DNA from: Podarcis cretensis
Taxonomy: Eukaryota
Direction of reading: 5' to 3'
NCBI GenBank assembly: GCA_951804945.1
Contig: OX638164.1
Span: forward strand, 17,422,001-17,486,000
Length of the DNA stretch: 64,000 bases
Below, piece by piece: positions 50,801 to 62,934 of this stretch. The notes under the pieces are model-generated. The model ran no database searches, had not been told where the DNA came from, and was given only the letters and a program-made list of their open reading frames with translations. The translations under genes and the position numbers were made by a program. The first letter of the stretch is position 1; every line of letters starts with the position of its first letter.

Positions 50801-52858
50801 GCGTCTTTCTGTTTGGCTATAGCTACCTAAATAGTTTGGGCAGCCAAATCTCCATTTACATGGCATTTCACAGAATGACAGAGAGGCAGCTACCAAGCCA
50901 CCATGGTGCAGTTTAGAAGATAATCTCTGCAATCCTTCTTACTACAGTATTCAAGTCTTCAATAATCCATTAAAGTGAAAATAACTGTTACGGACAGGGT
51001 ATGAGAGTAATATACAGGAGCTCTCTCAGAAGATGCAATAGCCTGGCCTGAAATTTTGCCCATGGTGTCCTAAAATCCAGTTCCCTCTCACTTTTGCAGA
51101 GTTCTGAATTGACTCATTTTCTTCCTCTACAAATGAAGCTCCAAAATTCAAGTAATAATTCACAAGGGCGCTTTCAGAAAAGCACATTTGTCATGCTGCA
51201 TTTCATTTGCTCCTAGGATCATCCAGTCTCACTACCAATCCTAGAACATTGCCGGTCTGTGCATGCTTTCTCCTAGAGTTGCTTGGGTTTCCTGGGGTTA
51301 TATAATCAATGCTGACATTACAACATTGCCCCCATGCCCACCCAAATCAATTTGATACATGTGAACTATCATCTTTCCAATAGAAACTCTAGGAAACATA
51401 TGACTCATGTCCTGGATTCTGACACAGTTTCAAGGGAAAAAACAAAGTGCAAAATTTATGCAATGCTACAAACTGCCCTGCCATTTAAAGTTCAGCAAAA
51501 AATATCTTGGCAAATTTTAGTGCCTGTCATGGTGTAGGTCTTCATCCAATTAAGCACTTGAAACACAAACTGAAATGCAAGCAGGTAATGAGTTACAAGA
51601 AAAGCCCAAGGAACTGCAAATACACTGCAAAGCTCCCAGGGGTATGAGATCACCAAGCAGCAATGTAACATGCTAATTGTATAAGTATTGACACAAATAT
51701 TATTAATACTCAGGACTGAGGCAAAGCACATGTTTCAATGGATGATATAATCTTTAACTGGGTGATTTTACACTGAAGTGCTTAGCTTCTGAAAGGAAGA
51801 AGCCATAAAGAACAGAAGCACCATCAGGACACTACAGAAAACACCCAAGAAGCAGCAATACACAATGCTTCTCCTGAACCTTTCTCTGCAGGCTGAAGTC
51901 AGTATAACTAGAGCAGTACACACTCAAATGAATGTTTTGAAAATGTTTGGACTGTTAACAGACCAAGTGTGGATTATTAACAGATTGTCCAGTCTCAGGC
52001 AGAACTGACATCTATCAATTTCATTACAGACTATAGTACTTCAATATGCTCCTGGATTTATAAGAGAGGTGCAATGAATTATGTGTTTACCCGCCTGGGA
52101 TAATCAAGAGTTATCCCAAGGCAAGTTGCTAAGTGAAGAACTTCACATGCTTCTTCCCAAAGTCTACTCCAGGAAGGAAGGATTCTGCCACAGTACAGCA
52201 GTTTGGATCAGATAACCTTTTGGTCCATGTTGAGCCTTTAATTCTAGCTGTCTGTGGCTCTAGTCTTCTTATCCATTCAAATGTCAAAGTACAGCTACAG
52301 CAAACTCAGATTTTTGCCCCTTTGCCGTCACCTCTTAAGCAAAAGTTGGAAGATATAACAAGATGGACTTTGATGTGTGATGTCATTCAGTTGCCCAGAT
52401 TATTATTTATTCCAAATATTTTTCTTGAAAAATTAAAACAGCAATAACAATGCATCAGGGAGACGACATTTTATCCTTGGCTACCGTTCAGATGCCCTTA
52501 ACTCCTGGGAAAAATGATTGGCCTGATTCTTTCTTAAATCATCATCATGAAGACAACCTGCTTCTGTGAATAATCTCTGACTGATGTCAAAATAATAAAT
52601 TCACTCTCATATACTCTATGTAACACATCAAACTGTGATATTACAGAAGAGCTGGGTGCCAAGGCAGGAGTAATATTATGTCTTAACTGCATGGAAATCT
52701 TGGACTGCACTTTCTTAAGAAGAGTGAAGAGGTAGATGCTATAGGTGGAGCATTGTAATGGCTCAAAGAAAAGTAATGCTGGTCAGATCCAAATTGTTCT
52801 TTTAGAATTTGCATTGTAGGACACTCTTGAGCCAAAGCATAACATTTTCCTTACTTAC

Positions 52859-53008
52859 CATCATGACCAGAGTTGAGAAGATGTTCTCCAAGGTCGCAGC
52901 CAAATACCCTCTCTTTTAAGATCCCACGTTGCTTCAGTTTCTGTTTTGTTGGCCGAGACTTCATGAATGTGCGCAGGAAAGTAATAAGCTTGCCGTGTTT
53001 CTTTGACA
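52859..53008 (-). CDS. ARHGAP32: ARHGAP32 coding exon (VSKKHGKLITFLRTFMKSRPTKQKLKQRGILKERVFGCDLGEHLLNSGHD), start of RhoGAP region; contains MKSRP ATG at 52964
   Basis: Manual minus-strand translation matches the known ARHGAP32 segment; ttacag acceptor and gtaagt donor; 150 nt, phase 1/1. Confidence 0.95.
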
Positions 53009-54605
53009 CTGTAAAATTGAAGGGAAAATCTCATTTTGTGGCCAGATAGACAGGAAGGAAGATGTATAATACATTATTTCACTGAACCACAGTTCGTTCT
53101 TTTCAAAATCAACCCCTATTACTACCATGCACATATCTGATCAGTTTCTGCAACAGCCTCCTCCCTCTTCCCTTATATAAGTGATTCAGGGAAATCAAAA
53201 TCTGTAATGGAAGACAGAGTTAAGGTATAGTAGGACAATAGTTTTAATTGTTATGCTCTCCCCATCTCAGCAGTCTGCTTGTGCTTGGTATTTCGTAGCT
53301 TTCAGTCTAGTGGGGAGAAGAGGAAAGGAAGGAATGGGTAATGCAGCCCATATGTTTCCTTATGGTTTCATTTCCCGCCATGCTTGCAGGGCTAATCCTT
53401 TCATGTCAATTGCTTATGAACAGATCAGTGGTGGGACCCTGACAGGTGAGAAAAGGGAACAAGCATTTCAGAGAGGAAGGAAACTCACTCCTGTACCCTG
53501 TGCCCTGCCATAGCATAGTTCTCTGGCCAGTCTAGTCACTGCCAAGTGTTGGTCTGCCTTTACACATGTTTTATACATGTTTTCTTTATACATGTTTTAA
53601 ATGTTGCTAAGCAGGATGTCACATCAGCTAAGTAAGAACTCTAAACTTGAGACTGGAGGTAAGAGCACAACATCTAGCCAGGGCCCCAAATTAGCATTAC
53701 AAAAGGCACATTAATAGGGGGGATACAAACTCCATGTTCATATGGCCAGGCAAATAGCAAGTATCAAAAACAAAGAAGCATAAAACTCCCAAGTCTCTCC
53801 CACTGTAAAGACTGTGATGCTCTTCTTGACCTTTAATGTAAAAGGGAGTACAAGTTCTTAGTTGTGTTTTCCAAGTTCCATTGAATTAGAGACAATGCAA
53901 TTGAGATTCATACACGTAGCAATTACCCCTTGATGAGAAGGAAATGGCCTTATGCCAAAAGGTGAATAAACTTAGCATTAATTTCAATCGGCAAAGCTGT
54001 TCCATTTTAACTTCTTCTTTGAGCTAAAAAGGAAAAGCTAAGCAGTGTCTTACAAAAGATGCCTGCTCACTCTTACTAAATTGCTTTTGTTTGCAAGCAA
54101 TTCTCTAGAGACATTCTCTTCAAATAAAAGCCACAACATGAAGCCAGTTGCAACAGGACTTCCTTTATCTCCAGCCTTTTCAGTCTCAGGAAGCTATAAA
54201 GCAGTAGTACTGGCTATCAGGCCTTAAGAAAGGGGCAAGTCTACCATCTGTTTAACAGAACAGAACAGAAGAGAAGAGGAAAAAAAAGAAAAGAGAGGTT
54301 GGTGACAATCAAAGCACAGCAAGATAAAATACTCTTGTGAGGAAATAGCCATGGTTTCTTTATTTCAAGTGGCAAGATAATATATACCTGCCAGGACTCT
54401 CCAATATTAGGCAACTAACTGGGGATCCAAAACTGTTGGGTGCCGACAATTCCAAAGCAATGATACTTATATGGCAGGCCACTATAATACAGCATTTCAA
54501 CATATATGCATTATGACAATACTATGAAACAATAATTTAATACAGAACAGATGAAAAGAAAAATATGCTGAAGGTTATTACAATGAGAGTATCACTCCAA
54601 AACAT

Positions 54606-54968
54606 AAAGGTAAAGGTAAAGGTACCCCTGCCCGTACGGGCCAGTCTTGACAGACTCTGGGGTTGTGCGCCCATCTCACTTAAGAGGCCAGGGGCCAGCG
54701 CTGTCCGGAGACACTTCCGGGTCACGTGGCCAGCGTGACATTGCTGCTCTGGCGAGCCAGAGCCGCACACGGAAACGCCGTTTACCTTCCCGCTGGTAAG
54801 CGGTCCCTATTTATCTACGTGCACCCGGAGGTGCTTTCGAACTGCTAGGTTGGCAGGCGCTGGGACCGAGCAGCGGGAGCGCACCCCGCCGCAGGGATTC
54901 GAACCGCCGACCTTTCGATCGGCAAGCCCTAGGTGCTGAGGCTTTAACCCACAGCGCCACCTGCGTCC
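54606..54968 (-). mobile_element. Sauria SINE, distinct young CpG-rich subfamily
   Basis: (ACCTTT)3 tail, conserved core, CpG retained, 3' body differs from the other copies. Confidence 0.92.
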
Positions 54969-55704
54969 TACTCCCGAGTTCAAAACACACACTGCAGCTT
55001 TTTTTGTCAAATGCTGTTATGTTTTACAGCAGGGATTTACAGCAACCCATCACACTGGGTCCCAAGTACATCAGACCTTGGCTGCAGTCAAGGTGCTAAT
55101 CGGCAACATTTTTGTGCTAGCTGGCTGACTACAAACATTACCTTTTGCCTGGGTATTTTATGAACCTGACAAAGATTAAAAGGAAAGAAACAGCGAGATA
55201 CTCCCACCATCACTTCAAAAAAGCTTGAAAGCTTCTCTCTCTCCCCCCCCCCACCCCAATATATCCAGTTCCAGTTAAGTGTCTTGGTATTTGGGCTTCT
55301 CAGATTTGGCTGCTGTGTCTTCTAATCTCTTTTCAAGGGGAGCAGAGGATGATTGCCTGGTACTCCTAGGTTGCCAACCAGGAGAAATTGACTCTACTAA
55401 CGGTGGTGGGCTGGAGCTTAAGTTTTCCCCACCCTGATATACTTAAATTGAAAGGGAAGATACCAAGGACTATGCCAAAACAACTAGAGTTTTGTGGCTA
55501 AACAAATTTATTATGGCATGTGTTGTTGTGGACCAGAATCCAGTTCACTAATTTTATATTTTGGTCTGAAAAGTAATATCCAAATTCATAATAGCCTCTA
55601 TAGGTAATATATCCTAAAACACAGTATATATAGGCTTCTAGATAATAGCAAATACAGTAAGGGTGCAATCCAGTACTCAAGATACACTAGCTGAGGGACT
55701 GCAG

Positions 55705-55824
55705 TAGGAGTAGCCAATGCAATGCCCTCCAGATATTGTTGAGCTCTGTTGCTGATCACCCCTGGCTGACTTGGGCTGATGGGAATCCAACAATATCTGG
55801 AGGGAACCATGTTGGCTACCCCTG
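55705..55824. mobile_element. Degraded palindromic hAT MITE related to the 17777 copy
   Basis: gtagccaa..gccctccagatattgttg...caacaatatctggaggg..ttggctacccctg hairpin. Confidence 0.6.
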
Positions 55825-58800
55825 AGAAGCCCCACTACACTGGCAGAACATGATATGTTGGTGTCATGCAAGATACACCTGTGCAGCTGTGCTGATGGTG
55901 TGCCTGTTGCACCACCATGACTCTGCTGGAGTAGCATCCAAAATGAAATTGGACAGGACAAAGGAGGAGTAGACTTAAGTTGAAGTCCTATGTACCCTTA
56001 GGTCCCAAACACAGTGGAACTCTGTATCAAACACAAAGCTTGTGTAAGGAAAATTCTCCCTTTCAATTTAATAGAAAAATTAAAAGGAACAAAAGGCACT
56101 GCCTCCCATCTCTTGCCCCAAACGCCCCGCCCCATGTTGCCATGACCAAGAACTGGATTTGCCATTAGTCTGCAGCCAACCACAGCGCACCAACACTTGG
56201 ATATAACTCCGCAACAAGGGAGCTGTAACTCAGACAAAAGGGTACATGGCTGAATCATTCTGGCTTAACGTCATGTACTAAGAACATACAAGAGGTCTCT
56301 GAGGAAGGAACCAGTGCACAAATCAGCCTGCCAGCTAAACACACATGGAAATAGCATTTTGCTGACACTGCTCTTCCTAGAACGCTCACAGTAGGTAGCC
56401 TGCCTCAGGTCTCCAGACACCTCTGACCACTCATCTAACATGGTGATGTTGCAATGAGGTCATGAAGATGACATGTTGTAAAGATGAGCTGGCAACCACA
56501 GATCATACAACATTCCTACAATAGGGAGGCAACAGCAGAATACTCTATGCAGGTCAGTGAAGGGAGGAGGAAATCCGGCTACAAAGTGTCTCCCATATTT
56601 CCTCCCCCAACCAGCTGCATGTGAAATCTGTGTCTTGCCTCAACTGTACTTAAACCTTCTCCGCCATCAGCTGGGAGCAGTCTTCCCCACATGCAGGTAA
56701 GTTCTCTGCCGATCAAGGCCAGGAATTCCACTTCAGCCTCTGCCACTTCTGGTCAAACATGCATGAGTGCTTTTCCCTTACTGAATCACAGTCAGGGTGC
56801 ACAGAGCAGGGCAAAGGGGCATAAGAGTTCCACCACAGTCCTACACAGGAAGGTCTAAACATCTCACTGGTCACTGCAATTTCTTCCCCACTCCAGGATG
56901 GGGTGGGGAGGTTGAGCCCCAACCATGGACAGAGCACTCAAGTAGCAGCAATCATTCTTCTCTCCCTGTTCCTCACACCTATTCTGCTCCTACATCCAGG
57001 GAAGATGAGTTCCAACTTCTGACAACTGATTCTCCCTCCCTCCCTTTTGCTTTGCACAGTTATGTGCACACCACAAGGGAGACCCACCCTATGGCCAATA
57101 GCAGTGACCAAAACACACCACAAATGTTCCTCTGTAGGGTTACCACTCCTGTCAAGCTCCATATCTAACAGTTGATGCCTGTGTGCATAGAATGGGTGCA
57201 TAGCCTAGAGGGGCAAATCCATCTGCCGCTCTTGCTGCCCACTATTTGATGGTCAAAGGGGCAGAAACCCTGACAAGCCCATACACGTCTATTTTACTTC
57301 CAGAACTCACTCCATCCCTGATGCTATTCAATAAGTCTCTAATTTTGCTGTTTCTTTGCTACAAGCGATTGGCAAATACGGGCCAATGGTGGGTTTTCTT
57401 CCCATAGTGGGTCATGATCCCTTTCCCCAAGGGAGATGTTTGGGTGCTGTGCTATATGTCCTCTCCTTCCTTAACACACACATCGTACTTTGTGAGAAAT
57501 GTATGGCATAAGGGAAACCAAACATCTGCCTAGAGCTCCTGGCTGCTGGTCTCTTCCTGTCTGTGCCACAGTATCTTACAGCGTGGAAGGTGTTGTGGAA
57601 TCGTTGTAACTGGCAGGTTGTGTGTGGGATGTGATGATACCTTCCTGCCAGCATGGGTGGACTGGGGCCTCCCATTTCTGGCCATGTAATTTCCACAACT
57701 TCATGCCATGTCATTTTTACAACAACACCATGCTGACTAGGGCGGGCGGGCACTGGTGTGTTGCCATGGGTGCTGGGAGTGTGGCTGCCACTGTTGCTCT
57801 TCTCTGATTTTTGAAGCCACATTTTCCTCCCACCTCTCCATTCTCTGGGATGGATGGACGCAGGACAGAGTGGCTGTTGTGTCAGAGTAGTGGTAGAATA
57901 TGTCTCCCCTTTTGGCATTCTCAGGGGTTAAGTTCCTGTGAAAATGTATTCACACATCTTTCAAAAACATACAGCAACTAAAAGCTCCATGAAGCACATG
58001 GGGACAAGCATGCCTTTTCAATCCACTTTTAGGATCTAGTGACAATTTCACAAGAGTTCACAGATGAATAAAGTCACCTACACCATACCACTATTGATTA
58101 AAAAGGCATTTAAAACGTGTCCGTCCCTGGTTTGGACTCCTGATGGCAGTCGGATTGCTAACACAGGATTAGTAGCCTAGGAAAGAAAATCTTTCCACAT
58201 GCAGAATGACCCACATTCCCAGCTCACGGCCAGCATATTGGTTGCTTTTCCTGTTAACGGGTGATTTTACCCCCCTGCTGTGAGGAAAATGTTATGCTAA
58301 GGTCAAAAACTAGAACATGTGCAACTGCAGGGATTTAAGCTGATAGTCTGTTTAGGAGCAAAGTCACAGGAGAAACAAGAAGAGGATTCAAAGTATTACT
58401 TTGTTCTAGCCTTTGCTCTAAGTGGGTGGGTGGGTGAAATTCTAGTGACTGACTTAAAGGGAAAGAGGGCCATAAATAGCTAAATATGAACAGTCAACTG
58501 TTAACCAAGGCTGTGGGTATGTTAACATTTTGTACCAGAAAAATTTGAATTTTATACTGACTGTAAGTTATTCTAATTAAGCAATTTAACTTATTTTTTA
58601 TCTTTATTTATTTATTTATTTGTTTGTTTGTTTGTTTAATTTAATTTAATTTAATTTATATACCACCCTTCATCTGGAGAACTCAGGGCAGTTCACAAGA
58701 TAAAAATGCAGGATAAAAGGCTAAAATAAATAGTTAAAACAAAAACAAAACAAAACAATATCCACCCCCTCCCCCAAGTTATTTGCTTCTGCTAGTTGAG

Positions 58801-60594
58801 GCTTAACCAGCAATGCAAGGAACTGATGTCCCATCCCATGGCCATTGCAAATTCTACCAACTCAGGTCTGGCTCCAGAGCTAAGGACTGGAAGTTTACTC
58901 TGAACACATATACAGCAAGAGAATTCAGGGTGCTGAACTGTGCGCCCAGCACAGAGAATGAGCATGTTGTAATGTACCTGTTCCTAAGCATGGTGTGAAT
59001 TCTCTCACCATGAAACACATTTTGTTCTTGAGCCAGAGAATTTACACCATACACAGAAACTGTGCCCTTATAATTCCACACAGCATGTGTCAATCATGAG
59101 TGAAGCTACACGTCTGTCAACGCTGAGGTCAGCACCTGATAGAAGAACAGGATTAGCCATGTAATGCATTTTAAATCTTTTCCCTCTGTCAGATGCCCAG
59201 CTTTGTATTGATAGGCATGTGCAGTTTCAGTCATGACTAACATATAAGTGTTGACATACAGTAGACTTGCAGCTTACTCATGATTTACTTACATGATTGC
59301 AACTCTGGGCGAGTGACAGGAAACTAAATAAATAAATGGAGCGCGGAGGAGAAATGTTTGTTTACATGACAACGTATTTCACAAGAGAGTTTTCTTTGAC
59401 CCATCTTAATATGCCTGTTTAATAAAAAATATAATTATGCAGTCACATATTAATACAGTAGACTTGGGAGTTATTATTTATTATTATTTATTTTAATTAT
59501 TTTATTTTATTTATGCTGCCCTTAATCTGAGGATCACAGGGCAGTTTACAATATAAAAGCACAAAAATACACAACATAGCAACAAACATAAACAATATTG
59601 TGCCCTTCAACCATTTTTGGTCCAAGTAGATAACATCTAGGATTTCTGATAGGAGCTTGGCAGCTCTGGTCAGCCTTCTTTCCTATTACAGTCCTTTTTT
59701 TTATAGAAGCAGCAGCAAGAAGAAATTGTGAGCTACATCCAATTCTCTTGTGGCCCGCTGGGTACAGCAACTTGACTGCTGTTGATATAAAGGCATAATA
59801 CTGCCATAGTTTAAGCTAGAGGAAACAAAGCAAGTATAGGCCCAAGTGTCTGGGGAAACTCAGCCAGATGGGCGGGGTATAAATAATAAATTATTATTAT
59901 ATTCATACTGACTTGTATGAATATTACTGCTTGTAATATCACCCTGTTAAAAGGTTTGTTCTTGGCTACAGCTCAAGAACTTAACCATAAGCCCAGGTTC
60001 AGATATGATGCTAGGCCAAACCTTGGATTAGTGCAGTGTGGTGCAGGAGCAAAAAAGAAAGGGGTGGAGCAAGATGACCTCTGCAGTCTTGGGAAGCCAT
60101 TGCTGTGTTGTGCAAACAAGGCCATGTTGTCAAATACACGAAATTTCTATTTTCAATTTTTTAAAATATAAAAACGAAATCACTTCAAAGCAAGATACTA
60201 TTAATATATGACAGCACTTTAAAAGGGGCAGATTTTGAGATGATGCAAGAGAGCCAAACAAAAATACCGAAGTTATACAGAAAGGTGTTTCAGGGAGCAT
60301 GATTGTAAACTGAATTTAAGTACATAACAGGTATTTCCTAATTCTCACTCGAGTTCTATGTCCATCCCACTGCGCATGCAGGGGAGTAATCAAGTCCTAG
60401 TCTCTCTTATCTTAGCAGCAGTTTTCAGCTACATGTTATAATCAAGTTTAATTAAGCCACCTCACTGAGTTATTTTGTAGCTTGATAATCTAACATTCCA
60501 TCTGCACTGGATCTCTAGTATCTGATTAAGAAGAGCTGAATGCTTCATCTATCAGTAAAGCAGTGTTGTTCTACTGTCAATCGTACTTTGGGAA

Positions 60595-60752
60595 TAGAAT
60601 CACAGACTTGTAGAATTGGAAGAGACCAGGAAAACACTATCCAACCATCTCTAGTCCAACCCCCTGCAATCCAGGAATCTTTTGTCCTACGTGGGGCTTG
60701 AACCCACAAAGCTGAGATAAAGAGTCTTATGCTCTACTGACTGAGCTATCCC
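60595..60752 (-). mobile_element. tRNA-Lys(CTT)-derived SINE with CR1-like tail
   Basis: Reverse complement gatagctcagtcagtagagcataagactctttatctcag..tgtgggttcaagccccacgt resembles tRNA-Lys(CTT); followed by attcctggattgcagggggttggactaga...ttccaattctac. Confidence 0.75.
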
Positions 60753-61257
60753 AGGAAGATTGCATCAGTATTTAATGAAACATGCCCTAGCAAGCATGCC
60801 ACTCAATGTCTCAGTTGCTCAGAAAAAGCTGGTTGGAGCCTTGGATCAACAATGAAGTCATTTCCATTACAAATGAGCACTGAGCTAAAACAGAGAGCCA
60901 TCAATATATTGATTGGCAGGCAAAGTCTGCCAGGAGGTAATACAGTAAAAGGGCAAGTATCCTTAAGAAGAGGCTCTACTTCTCTCTTAAATGTTTTACA
61001 AAAACCCTCTCTTGAGCTCATTTCTACAATCAGCCATAAGCAGAGGGAAGAAAACATCTGTCAAAGTGAGACAGCTTGTTTTTTTTATTAAATAAACTTA
61101 TTAATTTATTAGTTTATCATTCTTATCAATGAATTAAATTCAAATACAAATCAAGTGTAGAATCATATTTGAGAGCAATATAAACAAATTCACTAAGCAC
61201 AGCTGCATGAAACATTTCGAATTTTTAAATTATCTGAGTTAAGACTATACTTTAGTA

Positions 61258-61430
61258 CATTTATATCCCATCTTCCACAGAGCTGAAGGTGTGGGCAGTT
61301 TTCTTTATCCTCATGTCCAGCCTGCAAGGTAAACAAGGATGAGAGATAGTGACAGGCCAATGAGCTTCAGGGCTGAGGTGGGGCTTGAATCTGGGACACA
61401 GGCTAAAAATTCTGGCCACTACACCACATT
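61258..61430 (-). mobile_element. Degraded Squam3/MIR-like SINE
   Basis: atttatatccca...tttatcctca...gagagatagtgac.ggcc..tgagcttc.ggctgag.gggg.ttgaa...ccactacaccac. Confidence 0.55.
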
Positions 61431-61507
61431 AGGTTGGGATCTGAAACAAAACTATTGAATCTGAGGCCTGCATTCAGACAGCACTTTATCCCTTTTTTCT
61501 GATGTTT

Positions 61508-62075
61508 CCTTACCTGTTCACGCTTAGAACAGAGTGGTCTTTTTTGGTGGCCCTGCTAAGTACCAAAGGAGTGTCACTAGTGGCAACAGCCATTCTCTCC
61601 CATTTTATCTCTATGCTCCTTCTACGAATCCAAGTGAAAAGCGTAACATTGGCTGGGGGGGGGGAGCAGTGCCATGGAGGAAACCCTGTCTCTCAATTGG
61701 TTGGGGCCAGGCTAACAGCCAATGGGTGCAGAGAGAAGATGGTCCCCGTATAGGCAGAGGCAAGCTGCAATTGGCTAAGGTCTGAGGAGCGGGGGCTAAC
61801 TCTCAAAAAGAGCATGATGACTTGAATTCAAGGTCATGGTGAGGCTTTGGTGCTTGTCATTAGTTTTTCTTTCTCATCGGTGTTGGGCATCATGGTGGTG
61901 GCTGCGGCAACAGAGGTGAGTCCCGTGTATGTTTGACGCACAGCTGGAAACTGCTGCATGTCAGCGGCCACAGCGCAAGGTGTGGGGAATGAAGACATTT
62001 GCCTTGGCGGCTATTGGCAGCCCCACAAGAATCTCATCATGGTGCTAGAACTACAACTCCCAGTGTGTATTGCAG
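61508..62075. promoter_or_regulatory. Candidate bidirectional promoter within or upstream of an ARHGAP32 intron
   Basis: Five CCAAT boxes, ZNF143-like, RFX-like and NR5A/ERR-like motifs, raised GC and CpG, and divergent strong splice donors at 61513 (-) and 61916 (+). Confidence 0.4.
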
Positions 62076-62692
62076 CTAAACTCAAGTGCTCCCCCCCAAG
62101 TGCCTTTGGAATGTGTGTGTGCTCTCCCTATGTTTTAATTATATGTTTTATTTGAAATTTATTAACTGCATTTATATCACAGTTTCCTCCAAGGAGCCCA
62201 AGGTGATGTGCATAGTTCTAAAATTCTTCTTCTTCTTCTTCCTCTATACCCTGCTTTTTTTATCCTGACAGGGACTCAATGTCTGTGTTATGTGCGCATA
62301 TATATATAGTATATTAAGTAATATTAACTATATTGCAAACACTTTAATTTATGCTATGGAAATTTAATTCAGCGTGTGGCCTGCGGGTTTTGTGTTGAAG
62401 TACTTTTGCAGTTCACTTGGTCTGAGAGGTTAGACCATCCTGGTTTAGAAGGAGCAAACAAACTGGGTTATGTAGGAAACAGCTCTCCCAAACTCTTTAT
62501 CCTCAGCAGTCAACATTTAGAGGTATACCAACACTCAATCTGGAGCTTGCATTTACTTGTTTGAAATAATAGCTACCTCCCTGAAGCTATCAAATCTTCA
62601 TCTAAAACCTTTCCTCGGTTTAAAGCCATTACCAAACCTTGCAAAACTGAATTCCAGAAGTTCATTACTGTGATGAACAGCACTTCCCTATA

Positions 62693-62934
62693 CAGTGGTA
62701 CCTCGGGTTAAGAACTTAATTCGTTCTGGAGGTCCGTTCTTAACCTGAAACTTTTCTTAATCTGAGGTACCACTTTAGCTAATGGGGCCTCCTGCTGCTG
62801 CTGCACCGCTGCTGCATGATTTCTGTTCTCATCCTGAAGCAAAGTTCTTAACCCGAGGTACTATTTCTGGGTTAGCGGAGTCTGTAACCTGAAGCATCTA
62901 TAACCTGAAGCATCTGTAACCTGAGGTACCACTG
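62693..62934. mobile_element. Tigger/pogo-like MITE, family A, orientation 2
   Basis: TA-CAGTGGTACCTC...GAGGTACCACTG-TA. Confidence 0.9.
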
